Assembly: GCA_021613535.1 (NCBI GenBank)
Contig: CP075494.1
Location: forward strand, 1,922,001 to 1,986,000
DNA: 64,000 nt
Source: Adineta vaga
Lineage: Eukaryota > Animalia > Rotifera
Direction of reading: 5' to 3'
Part shown: in pieces, positions 54,401-64,000 of the stretch
How the letters are laid out: every line of letters begins with the position of its first letter
How positions within the stretch are numbered: position 1 is the first letter of the stretch
The notes under the pieces: generated by a model
The model's database searches: none
Told to the model about the DNA's origin: nothing
Seen by the model: the letters and a program-made list of their open reading frames with translations, nothing else
Program-made: the position numbers and the translations under genes

Positions 54401-55293
54401 TTTCTCATACAGCTTTATTGATATCAATAGATATACGAGATTTTCGCATGTCAGCTAACAATTTTTTTCATGCCTTAAGTATAATATGTGAATCAATAAA
54501 TAAAACAATTGCTGATAATTATTCACAATTTTTATTAAATCAATATCTAAGTATATCAATAACATCAGAAGAAGTTATTCATCAACAGATTCACAATTTT
54601 ATTCAACATTTTCGAACAAAGATAACAAATAATTTTGTTTACATCATTCAAATGGTTGAATATACAATACATACAAATGCTTTATATTCAAGATTAAATA
54701 CAAACTATGAATTATATTTATTGAAATCAAAATATAAAATTTATTCAAATGTCACATATTATGATAATTGTCGATGTGATTTATCATTGAAATGTCATAT
54801 GAAATATCCACTTTATGATACTTTTCGCAAAACTATTTCAACAAGTTTTGTACCGGGTTTATATTATGGTTGTTATTTAATTGAAGGACTTCTTCTATCA
54901 AATCTTCATTGTTTTTTTAATCAAACATGTTTGAATCACATAGATTTATCAATTATTTCTGAATCATTACCCTTTATTAAATTGCTGAACCCATTCCTTC
55001 AAAGTAATTATGATATTAATTCAACTATAAAAGAATTAATCAATAAATTAATGATTGAAAAATGGAAACCAAGTATCAAATATAAAAATTATTATAATCG
55101 ATGTCAACCTATTCAATGTACCTATATTTATCAGACGAAATATAAACTTATTTATATTGTAACAGTATTAATTGGACTTCTAGGTGGTTTAACAACTGTA
55201 TTGAAAATAATTATACCTAAATTAATATTAATTATTAGATGGATTATTACAAAATGGAAAAATAGAATACTTTATCCGGAAATTTCAAATTAA
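51441..55293 (+). CDS. Membrane protein of three tandem TM-(Cys-rich ectodomain)-TM units, unknown function; true start not identified
   Basis: Each unit STRLF..(TM)..LTCPC..CSS.F...GLY.GC...L.C..NQTC...YYN.CQP..C.Y...GL.GGL.TV(TM); units separated by phase-1 introns 52678-52729 and 53969-54013. Confidence 0.8.
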
Positions 55294-55613
55294 CAAGTCA
55301 ATTTTTATGAATATAATAAGACTATAGCGAGAATACAAACTTTACATATGTTGAAAAACGATGTAATATTGACATTATTATCATCAACATCAATATTTTC
55401 GTAGTATCGACTTTGATTAGAAACTCTGCGGTTCTTAAAATCTCATCCTCACCCTTAATCTCGAATAAATGTATGATTTTGAGAAAAAAAGATGTCAATA
55501 AATATCGTAGAATGACAAAGCTCTTTTTTATTACTTCTATCCTTCTGTTGATATTTTTTCTATATAATTGTATTTTAACTAGATTTATTCACATAGGATT
55601 AATCATATCCACC

Positions 55614-57133
55614 ATGAATAATAACAGAATTAACGTTTCTAATGTAATTTTTATTAAAAAATAATTCTAAGAAATCAAGTATTTATTTATTGTATTTTAT
55701 TTTAGTCCCAATCAATCGATACAAATATAACACGAACAAGTACATTGTAAGTAGAATTTTTACATATCATCAAGAAATTGATGAAAAAAATCTTGTCATT
55801 TTGTTAGATGTACATATTTTCAACGAAGAAAAAGACTCTTTTTCATATTAATGGGCATTTTTATCATTATTTTAATCATCATTCTTCTTGTGATGATTTT
55901 GCTTCAAAGAAAAAAAACTGTTGTAAATCATACATTACCAACAGCAATGGAAACATCAGAAAAATCAACAGCAAAAATTCATACAACAGAAGCCATGCTA
56001 ACAGAATTGACAACACAAGAAAATCAGATTATAACAACAGAAGGTAGAGTTAACATTAAATGGATATATCATGTATTTATTTTTCCCTATTCGTAACAGA
56101 TTGTAGCAGTTTATTTTTGAATTCTGATGCTTATGAAACTTCAGAAATCATGGCTATAGCTATTAAAGATATAAATGATGACGACAGACCAGATATTGTT
56201 GTTGTCGTACCTATAGAATACCAAATGAAACTTCTGTTAAACAACGGTGATGGTACATTTATGTCGCCGATTCCTTACAGGACTTCTTTCTTTCCTGTAG
56301 CAGTAGAAATAGATGACATGAATAATGACAATAAACCTGATATAGTTGTTGCTCATCTTGGTTCACATACGTTAACTATTTTTTATAATAATGGCAATGG
56401 CACATTTGTGGATCAAGTACTTTATCCTGTTGGATTATCAGCAACGTATTTGGTGATAGCAGATATAAATAATGATAAAAAACTCGATATTATCGTTGGT
56501 TTTCTCCGTTCAAATAAAATCACGATTTTATACAATATGGGCAATAAAACATTTCGAAATGAAAATATTCACAGCTCAATCCCTATTTTCGAACAATTAG
56601 TTGTAGTTGATATAAACAATGATGAAAGATTTGATATCATTTTTTGTCATTACGTTTCTCGAACAATCAATATACTATTCGGCGATGTTAATAACACATT
56701 TAATACTCGAAAAAGGTATGTATTCAATAAAAATGTAACAGCAATAACAATAGCTGATGTGAATAATGATATATTGAAAGATTTAATTATTGCATATAGT
56801 GATGATGATTATTGCATTACTGTTTATATTAACATGGGTAATGAAGAATTTGTTGAAGAAGATCAATATTCAATAGGTCTATATATAGACATACTACTAG
56901 TAATTGATTTAAATAAAGATAATAGAACCGATATTGGTTTTTTCAATTCTGAGTCAACTAATATCTTTATTCTTTTTAATAATGGCTTTAACAAATTTAC
57001 AAACCAAATTATATGTGAATATTTTTATGTTGCATCGTCGCTAGATGTCATTGATCTCAATTACGATAATAAACTCGATATGGTAATAAAAAACAAAGAT
57101 GAACGTTTTATCAATATTTTCTTACAACATTAA
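55614..57133 (+). CDS. Type II membrane protein with FG-GAP/VCBS beta-propeller ectodomain
   Basis: Exons 55614-55643, 55706-55746, 55808-56043 (TM + Thr-rich stalk), 56100-57133 (seven D[IM]NND.K.D repeats). Confidence 0.85.
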
Positions 57134-57693
57134 CAATGACTTTCAATGTAGATAAAAAATCCTTGTCTCAGTATTGTTGTCTTGCTTTTATTCAAAAATA
57201 AATACATTAATAGAAATATAGTATGAAAGAAAACATATTGGACATCTGTAATATACGATGTAATTCAATACGTATTTCGTATGATAAAAAAATATATGTC
57301 ATTCGAAAATAAGTTTAACAATATAAGTATTTATGTAGTATTATTATGAAATAATATATCTTCTTCTATCTTTCTTCAAAATTTCATTAATAAAGTCTTT
57401 GAGGACTGTAAGACATGCATACATTGTCCTACCTGTTTTTTTTAATGACAAGTTTTTAATTTACATTAAACTTATACCTATCATACTGTGTTATGTAGTT
57501 TTCCTTCAAATATTCTTTGTTCTTTCTGTCAGTATATAGTGACGTCATGATTTTTTCAGTCGATGACGATCCGTGTGCTACATATACGAGTGATGCTAGC
57601 AGAGAGAGTGATCTCTATTACGGATGAAAGTTACGTTGCAAATTATGGTCATATACCTCAATCTCTCTCAAAGAACGAACTCTAGTTTTAGTT

Positions 57694-57884
57694 TTTAGAT
57701 ACTTTTTTACCGAAGAAGTTTTAAACTTGATTACTAATCAAACAAAGATCTATGGTAGAGGAAAGAAATCAAATAACAATCAGAAAAAAAGCACTAATTG
57801 AAAGGATGTCAGCAAAAAAGGAAACTAAGTCATTTCTCGGTTTGATTATTCTATAGAGTATCAATCACTTGCCACGTATGAAAA
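57694..57884 (+). mobile_element. piggyBac-like transposase remnant
   Basis: Translates FRYFFTEEVLNLITNQTKIY...*KDVS..ETKSFLGLIIL*SINHLPRMK, matching the piggyBac N-terminal core; stops and a frameshift. Confidence 0.65.
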
Positions 57885-58368
57885 TTGTTAGAAAATCGTT
57901 TTCTGCAAATATTTTATATAATACCTCTAGCGAATAGCTCATCAGCATCAGAACGAGCATCTAAAAGTTCCATAAAACTTCTACAATTGGTCGCTATAGT
58001 ATAAATAGACGAAAACATGATAAAAAAAAGTTATTGTTTTTTATTTTATAATTTAGGCAACGTTTGCCACAATTACTTTAGCATCGAAAACATTTCGAAA
58101 GGGTCATTTTGTTACGATTCCGCATGTTTCGAGAATAATTTCAAAGCAGTTTAATCAATAAATATCTATTGAAAAACGTATAGTGTGTATGTCTGAACTA
58201 TATTCCTTCATCTAAAAATTCAGTTTTATTCACTTGTGTATAGATTTATTATATGAACATACTTCAAAACATCTGCTTAGATATTTATCTTTGAAAGAAG
58301 AACCAAGCTTATAATTTGTTATGTAAAAGAAAAAGAAATTTTTTTCATTTTCTTTTATTTTTATAATT

Positions 58369-60862
58369 ATGGTCGATAATAGAATCCGAGTATCTGATGT
58401 AATTTATCTTTGATCATTGTCTATCTTCTAGTTATTTGATTATTTATTTTAGTCTCAAATTGATCAATTAGTTTCATCATATACAACAGATATTCAATCA
58501 CAGTCGATGTAACATGTGAATTTCTTTGAGATATATTTTCTTTTTCTTTTATATATGTAGATATGAATATTGTGCAAGAAAATGGAAGAAGCTTTTATTC
58601 ATTTTTCTTCTATCATTAAGCATAATTATAATAGGTGTTATATCAGCAGTAATAGTAGCAAAACAAAACTCGGTTATCTTAACAACTATGATAGCAACAA
58701 CGAAAACTACTCTGACACCGCTATCGATTAATACAACAACTTATACAGAAGGTAATATTTGCGGACTTTTGTCCTTGTCTCATTGCATTAACAGATATAG
58801 AACAATTGAGATTGAGAACGCGTTTTCTACAAAAAAAAGTATCAAACAAGCTTCGAAGACAAGTATTATATATAGGGTGTTTCCATCGTACTTGTGACAC
58901 GTTTACACCGAACCTCACCAAATCGTTTGAAACTTTCAGGGGTTGTGTAATAATCATTTCTGAGACTTTTTCACTCTTGGACGAAAGTCATGCCACCTCT
59001 TGCTGAGGAACTGCAGCCCAAATACCATGTACTCTCCGGGACGATTTTTTCAAGCAATTTATCCGTATAAACGACGTAGTTTTGCACCACTCTATGCTAT
59101 AGAAATTCTGATGATAGATTCGGATCCCTCGTCACCAAGTCTATCAAAATCACTATTTTTAAAAAAATTTTCGAAGGGGGGGTTGCTAGAAATCCTATTA
59201 TACAGGTGGGATTTCCAGACACAAAAACTCGATTAATAGAGAACTCTGGACATAGTGAAGTGTCACGTTTGATAGAGGAACAAAAGTTCTATCGAAACAT
59301 ATATTTGCCGCCGGGGGGGAGTGAGTTTTTCCCGAAGTAGGATTTTTGACGGAAACAAATTTATGATGTCAGAAAAAACTATGTCAAGGTCGTTGAAAAT
59401 CCTACTTCGGGAAAAACTCACTCCCCCCCGGCGGCAAATATATGTTTCGATAGAACTTTTGTTCCTCTATCAAACGTGACACTTCACTATGTCCAGAGTT
59501 CTCTATTAATCGAGTTTTTGTGTCTGGAAATCCCACCTGTATAATAGGATTTCTAGCAACCCCCCCTTCGAAAATTTTTTTAAAAATAGTGATTTTGATA
59601 GACTTGGTGACGAGGGATCCGAATCTATCATCAGAATTTCTATAGCATAGAGTGGTGCAAAACTACGTCGTTTATACGGATAAATTGCTTGAAAAAATCG
59701 TCCCGGAGAGTACATGGTATTTGGGCTGCAGTTCCTCAGCAAGAGGTGGCATGACTTTCGTCCAAGAGTGAAAAAGTCTTAGAAATGGTTATTACACAAG
59801 TCCTGAAAGTTTCAAACGATTTGAGGAATGTTGTGTATATCGTGTCACAAGTACCATGGAAACACCCATAGTTATTGTCAGTTAAAAAATATATTCTAGT
59901 TTATTTTGTATTTAGAATGGATACAAATAGAAACATTAAAGATAAAGACTAATTTTCATACCGCAACTATCTTAAATAATGGAAAAGTCTTAATTACTGA
60001 TGTAAAAGAACACAGTGCAGACATCAGATGTTTATTATATGATTCATTAACTGATCAATGGACACGGACTGGACGGTTGACTTTTCTAGGGTTGCATCAT
60101 ACTGCATCGTTATTAAATAATGGTTTAGTATTGATCACAGGTGGAGTTTCGTCGGGAAGGCATTATTCTTATGTTGAATTATATAATGCATCGACAAATA
60201 AATGGACAGGTGTAAGAAATATGGTGTCTACACGATCTAAACATATAGCAACCGTATTAAAAGATGGAAAGGTTTTGGTAACAGGTGGAATTGATTTCTT
60301 TCTTACTTCTACTCGCACTGCTGAATTGTATGATCCACTGACAGATATATGGAAATCCACACAAGATATGACTTACCCTCGTTATTCTCACAGAGCATCT
60401 TTGTTACAAAATGGAAAAATCTTACTTACTGGCGGAAATGACTTAAAAACTGCTAATGAATTGTATGATCCAACACAAGATAAATGGATCAAAGCAGGTG
60501 AAATGAAGGTTCCACGTCGATATCACACAGCTACTGTTCTAACTAATGGAAAAGTCTTAGTTATTGGTGGTCGTGATGAAGCTAATTATGTGTGGAACGA
60601 TGGTGAATTGTATGATCCGTCAACCAATGAATGGACTGCAATAAGTAACATGTCTTGTCCACGATATGGTCATACATCGACTCTATTAAGTAATGGATCA
60701 GTCTTGGTCATTGGTGGATGTCCCGATAAAGCTTCAAATAGTGCTGAACTTTATGATCCATTAACAAATGCTTGGTTATACGCTAGTAATACGCAGATAG
60801 ATCATTGTCGGCATACAGTATCTCTTTTACAAAATAGAAAAATCTTGATTATTAGTGGATAA
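58369..60862 (+). CDS. Type II membrane protein with Kelch beta-propeller ectodomain
   Basis: Exons 58369-58398, 58453-58508, 58561-58751 (TM + Thr-rich stalk), 59916-60862 (HTAT.L.NGKVL..GG...ELYDP...W repeats). Confidence 0.85.
58873..59868. mobile_element. ~1-kb palindromic MITE (Tc1/mariner-like ends) in the Kelch gene intron
   Basis: TA|TAGGGTGTTTCCAT...ATGGAAACACCCA|TA; ~470-bp inverted arms, ~49-bp spacer 59347-59395; identical 78-aa ORFs on both strands. Confidence 0.9.
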
Positions 60863-61088
60863 GTACATTTGGCAATGATTTTTATGGAAAAATTAAAACT
60901 TTATTTAAAAAAAAAAGAATTTGATCTAAGCATGACGCATATGATAGTCATGTTTGTATTACATTAAAATGCAAATTATTAGTAATCACCATAATTCATA
61001 TTTGCATTTATCAAAAACATATCATTCGTTAAAAACGTAGAGTACCTTAGACTAGGATTTGAGTTTTTTTATAAATGGGTTTGCCTAA

Positions 61089-61712
61089 AGGTTAGACCAA
61101 GTTAGATCAACTTCAGACAAAGATGCAGCTCGACGAGCTCTATCAAATGGTGTATTTTTACTTTTCCTAAAAGACCTTTCCCCAAGGGGGAAAAAGCAGA
61201 CTTCTGTACTTCTCCGTACTTCCTTGTACTTCATAACACTTATACTGGCATATATTAAAATTTTCATCCCAAAAAACAGAACAAAACTGACCTGTCACTG
61301 GAACTATTAAAACTTTTATTCCCAATAACAGAACACTTTTCTTCTGTGTTTGGGATCAAATGACGAAGATAAAATGTACTTCTTTTGTACTTCCTTGTAC
61401 TTCTGTACTTCTGAAGTATGAAGTCCTGCTTTTTCCCCCTTGCCTTTCCTACTAGTAAAAAACCTCGAAAAACTTCAGTGAAACCTGTAGGGATTCGTCT
61501 ATAGGTTAGACCAAGCGAAGAAACTTTCAGGGGAGATAGGACTCGTCGAGCTCTATCGATTGAATACCTTGGATGCTATCTTTGAACGTACCGTAGTGGC
61601 AAAAATCACTGAATAGTAACTCATTACTTATGAATTTACTATATCCAAAAACTATTGAGTTAGAGGTTAGACCAAAATAGAACTCAATGAGATCTATCGA
61701 TTGAATACCTTA
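61089..61712. repeat. Degenerate DNA-transposon internal repeats hosting a nested MITE
   Basis: AGGTTAGACCAA x3 (~61089, 61503, 61664), each followed by a CTCG.CGAGCTCTATC-like motif. Confidence 0.55.
61183..61442. mobile_element. MITE with 17-bp TIR and 8-bp TSD (P-element/hAT-type)
   Basis: CAAGGGGGAAAAAGCAG...CTGCTTTTTCCCCCTTG; flanks CCTTTCCC / CCTTTCCT; GTACTT subterminal repeats. Confidence 0.85.
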
Positions 61713-62271
61713 GTTGTTATATTCCAGTAACTAAAGATAGTAAAATGTACTAATTACTGAATTTTCCACTAGTACAGTTTTAAAATGACTTTTTTAATGT
61801 ACGGAAAGATGAGACTTAAGTGGACGAAGATTAGAACATGATACAATGCGATAAGTTCTTTTGAGAGAATGTCTTTTCGGTTTCATCCGTATATATAGTG
61901 TACTGAAAATGAGTCACAGCTCTTATGCTGAAGGAATGCTGTGTATGATTAATGAAAAAGCATTCTTTACAATAATTTTCTGTACGTTGAAAGCGATTCT
62001 TTTTGTCTCATAATGCTTTATCATTCTAATGTATTGACTTCAATCCGATTGCCCTTCGGTATCGATTTGATTTGAGGAAGTAGATATAAATTTGTTTGAT
62101 AAATAAAATAAAGCAGCTTTTAGTACAAATGATGTTACACAGTTATGATGTATATTTTTGGACATAAAGGCATGTTATTCGATAGTATCGGAAGATTCTT
62201 TATCAATAGACCCTTCAGATGTATTAAATGTATCAACAGAGAAGTGATGATAAAGATGAACATCTTGCTTA

Positions 62272-62413
62272 TGAGTGATACGGGTGTGGATGTGAGTGTT
62301 GAAACATATTAATACTTACACAGATACTCACCCAAGAGGGAAAAAGCAACTTGTGATTTATGTGGTTTAAACGATTTAAATCAGCTTTTCCCCCTTGTAC
62401 TCACCCACACCCT
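62272..62413. repeat. Telomere-repeat-armed hairpin interrupted by a MITE
   Basis: GGGTGTGGATGTGAGTGT...TACTCACC[MITE]TACTCACCCACACCCT. Confidence 0.7.
62333..62397. mobile_element. 65-bp MITE of the same CAAG-TIR family, perfect 8-bp TSD
   Basis: TACTCACC|CAAGAGGGAAAAAGC...GCTTTTCCCCCTTG|TACTCACC. Confidence 0.85.
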
Positions 62414-62803
62414 TTTTCAGGTCAATATGCACCAGACGATAGAACAGAAACTTCGCTGATACTGCAATTGATGTCTAAGCGTTTCTTTTAAATTTAAATA
62501 AAGAAAATCTACTAACTATTACATCTTTTGTTTCCCTGGATTTTTTTCCTATTGTTTTTGTATTAGAAATCAACTTTTCCGGTAAGTTTTCCGATTCATT
62601 TAGTGTTTTCTTTTCTTTTTCTTTCGTCGTCCGTGATGCGCGTGTATGCATGTTGACAACGCAAAAAAAGAAATAACCATTTCACAATCCGTAGTGAGAC
62701 GACGATAGCATTTTTTTTCAATATAAGTAGAGAGCACTATACTAAATCGTTACTTCTTCTTTCTTCATCATTCTTCGAGAAATTATTTCTCGTGCACATT
62801 ACT

Positions 62804-63421
62804 ATGCCGACATACAAACTCTATTATTTCAATGGTCGTGGTCGTGCTGAAATAGCTCGTTTGATATTTGCTGCTGCTGGAGAGACATTTGAAGATATTC
62901 GATATGAACGTGAAGAATGGCCATCACATAAATCCGAAATGCCATTAGGTCAAATGCCAGTTCTCGAAGTCGATGGTGTGAAATTACCTCAATCAATAGC
63001 AATTGCTCGTTTTCTTTCTAAACAATTTCAACTTGCTGGTAAAGACAATCTTGAACAAGCCAAAGTTGATGCCGTTGTTGACACAAGTATTGATTTAGCT
63101 ATGAAATATATACCAATTCATTCTCAACAAGACGAAAGCAAGAAAAAAGAAGAAACAACAAAATTTCTTGCTGATGAACTACCGAAACATATGAAAAACT
63201 TTGAAACTCTCGGAAAGTTATATGGCGAAGGTGGTCAATTTTTTGTTGGAAATCATTTGACTTTTGCTGACATAGAAGTCTATGATATGTTAGGATATGT
63301 TATTAAGATCGATGACAAGATTCTTCAACCTTATCCTTGGTTAGAACGTAATCGTCAAGAAGTTGAAAAAAATCCGAGAATTGCCAAATATCTTATGAAT
63401 CGAAAAGAAACACCATTTTGA
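62804..63421 (+). CDS. Glutathione S-transferase, sigma class-like, intronless
   Basis: [42 protein letters not shown]. Confidence 0.93.
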   Translation: MPTYKLYYFNGRGRAEIARLIFAAAGETFEDIRYEREEWPSHKSEMPLGQMPVLEVDGVKLPQSIAIARFLSKQFQLAGKDNLEQAKVDAVVDTSIDLAMKYIPIHSQQDESKKKEETTKFLADELPKHMKNFETLGKLYGEGGQFFVGNHLTFADIEVYDMLGYVIKIDDKILQPYPWLERNRQEVEKNPRIAKYLMNRKETPF

Positions 63422-63500
63422 AACAAATCGTTCAATAAAACTTAATAACTTTTTTTCTCTAGTTTGTAGACTTGACTTTTATATAGTTTCCTCGGCTGTA

Positions 63501-63578
63501 GGGACGATGTGGGTGTATATTTTATACTCTTATGAACACTACACGCCCACACCCATCCTTACACACACCCACCCTCAA
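63501..63578. repeat. Telomere-repeat-armed hairpin element
   Basis: TGTGGGTGT ... ACACGCCCACACCC...ACACACACCCACCCTCAA. Confidence 0.7.
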
Positions 63579-63905
63579 CTTGTATAAAGTAAAATTGCAT
63601 TCAACTAGAATGAAAATCTTTTAAAAGAATGTGTTATTAACTAAAACAATAGATAAAATATTTTTGTATCATATCTTTATCATCAAAACTATCCAACGAA
63701 CTGGAATACATAAGAAATAACTTTATGATATAACAAATAATTGAATGGATTATATTATTAGGGTAATGCATGGTATCTCAACCACTTTATTCGCGAACAT
63801 TTTCAAAGCGATAAATTCATTTTTAAATAAATGATTGAAAATGAAAAGAAAACAGAAAAAAATCTTTATCTTATAAGTTTTCCTTTGATCAAGTCCGGTC
63901 TGGAT

Positions 63906-64000
63906 CTACTCGGCGGGCTCAACCACATCCTTATCTTGAAGCTGTCTTAGATAATCGATAGTATCTTGAGTGTCTTTCCAGCGTGAATTATCTTCAGGGC
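63906..64000 (-). CDS. Possible 3' end of a gene extending beyond the window
   Basis: GC-richer open frame PEDNSRWKDTQDTIDYLRQLQDKDVVEPAE*. Confidence 0.35.
   Translation of the reverse strand, partial: PEDNSRWKDTQDTIDYLRQLQDKDVVEPAE

Noticed and set aside
59000-59742. Identical 78-aa ORFs on opposite strands
   Set aside because: By-product of the palindromic MITE; non-ATG start and no recognisable domain
5713-63578. CRISPR-like reading of conserved arms plus unique spacers
   Set aside because: Copies are dispersed and inverted rather than a tandem direct-repeat array; no cas genes; eukaryotic context
1-64000. Bacterial contamination as the source of NHL, Kelch, FG-GAP and SET genes
   Set aside because: These domains are joined by spliceosomal introns or interleaved with clearly metazoan genes (DEG/ENaC, polycystin, GPCRs) and eukaryotic transposons

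Overview
AT-rich eukaryotic DNA with short (~50-60 bp) GT-AG introns. The gene content (expanded NHL, F-box/LRR, orphan GPCR, LDLa-EGF-GPCR, polycystin and DEG/ENaC families, plus intronless foreign-looking genes) and TGTGGG/TGAGGG motifs point to a bdelloid rotifer. That assignment is inferred, not proven. The window is an accessory-type region rich in surface receptors, pseudogenes, MITEs and Helitron fragments. Main observations: (1) Single-exon beta-propeller cassettes are plugged into different membrane chassis by phase-1 introns. ~890-nt NHL exons feed a polycystin-1-like channel, a GPI-anchored protein and two other genes, and two neighbouring type II membrane genes share a homologous three-exon anchor but carry unrelated FG-GAP versus Kelch ectodomains. 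(2) About 16 dispersed short hairpins have telomere-repeat arms in end-to-end-fusion orientation around unique spacers, often just 3' of genes. (3) An inverted pair of minimal hammerhead ribozyme motifs, typical of Penelope-like element ends. (4) Several HGT candidates (bacterial-type SET, a kelch-like microbial domain, a PhyH pseudogene). (5) A ~1 kb palindrome with perfect inner arms. Exon boundaries were read by hand and may be off by a few bases.
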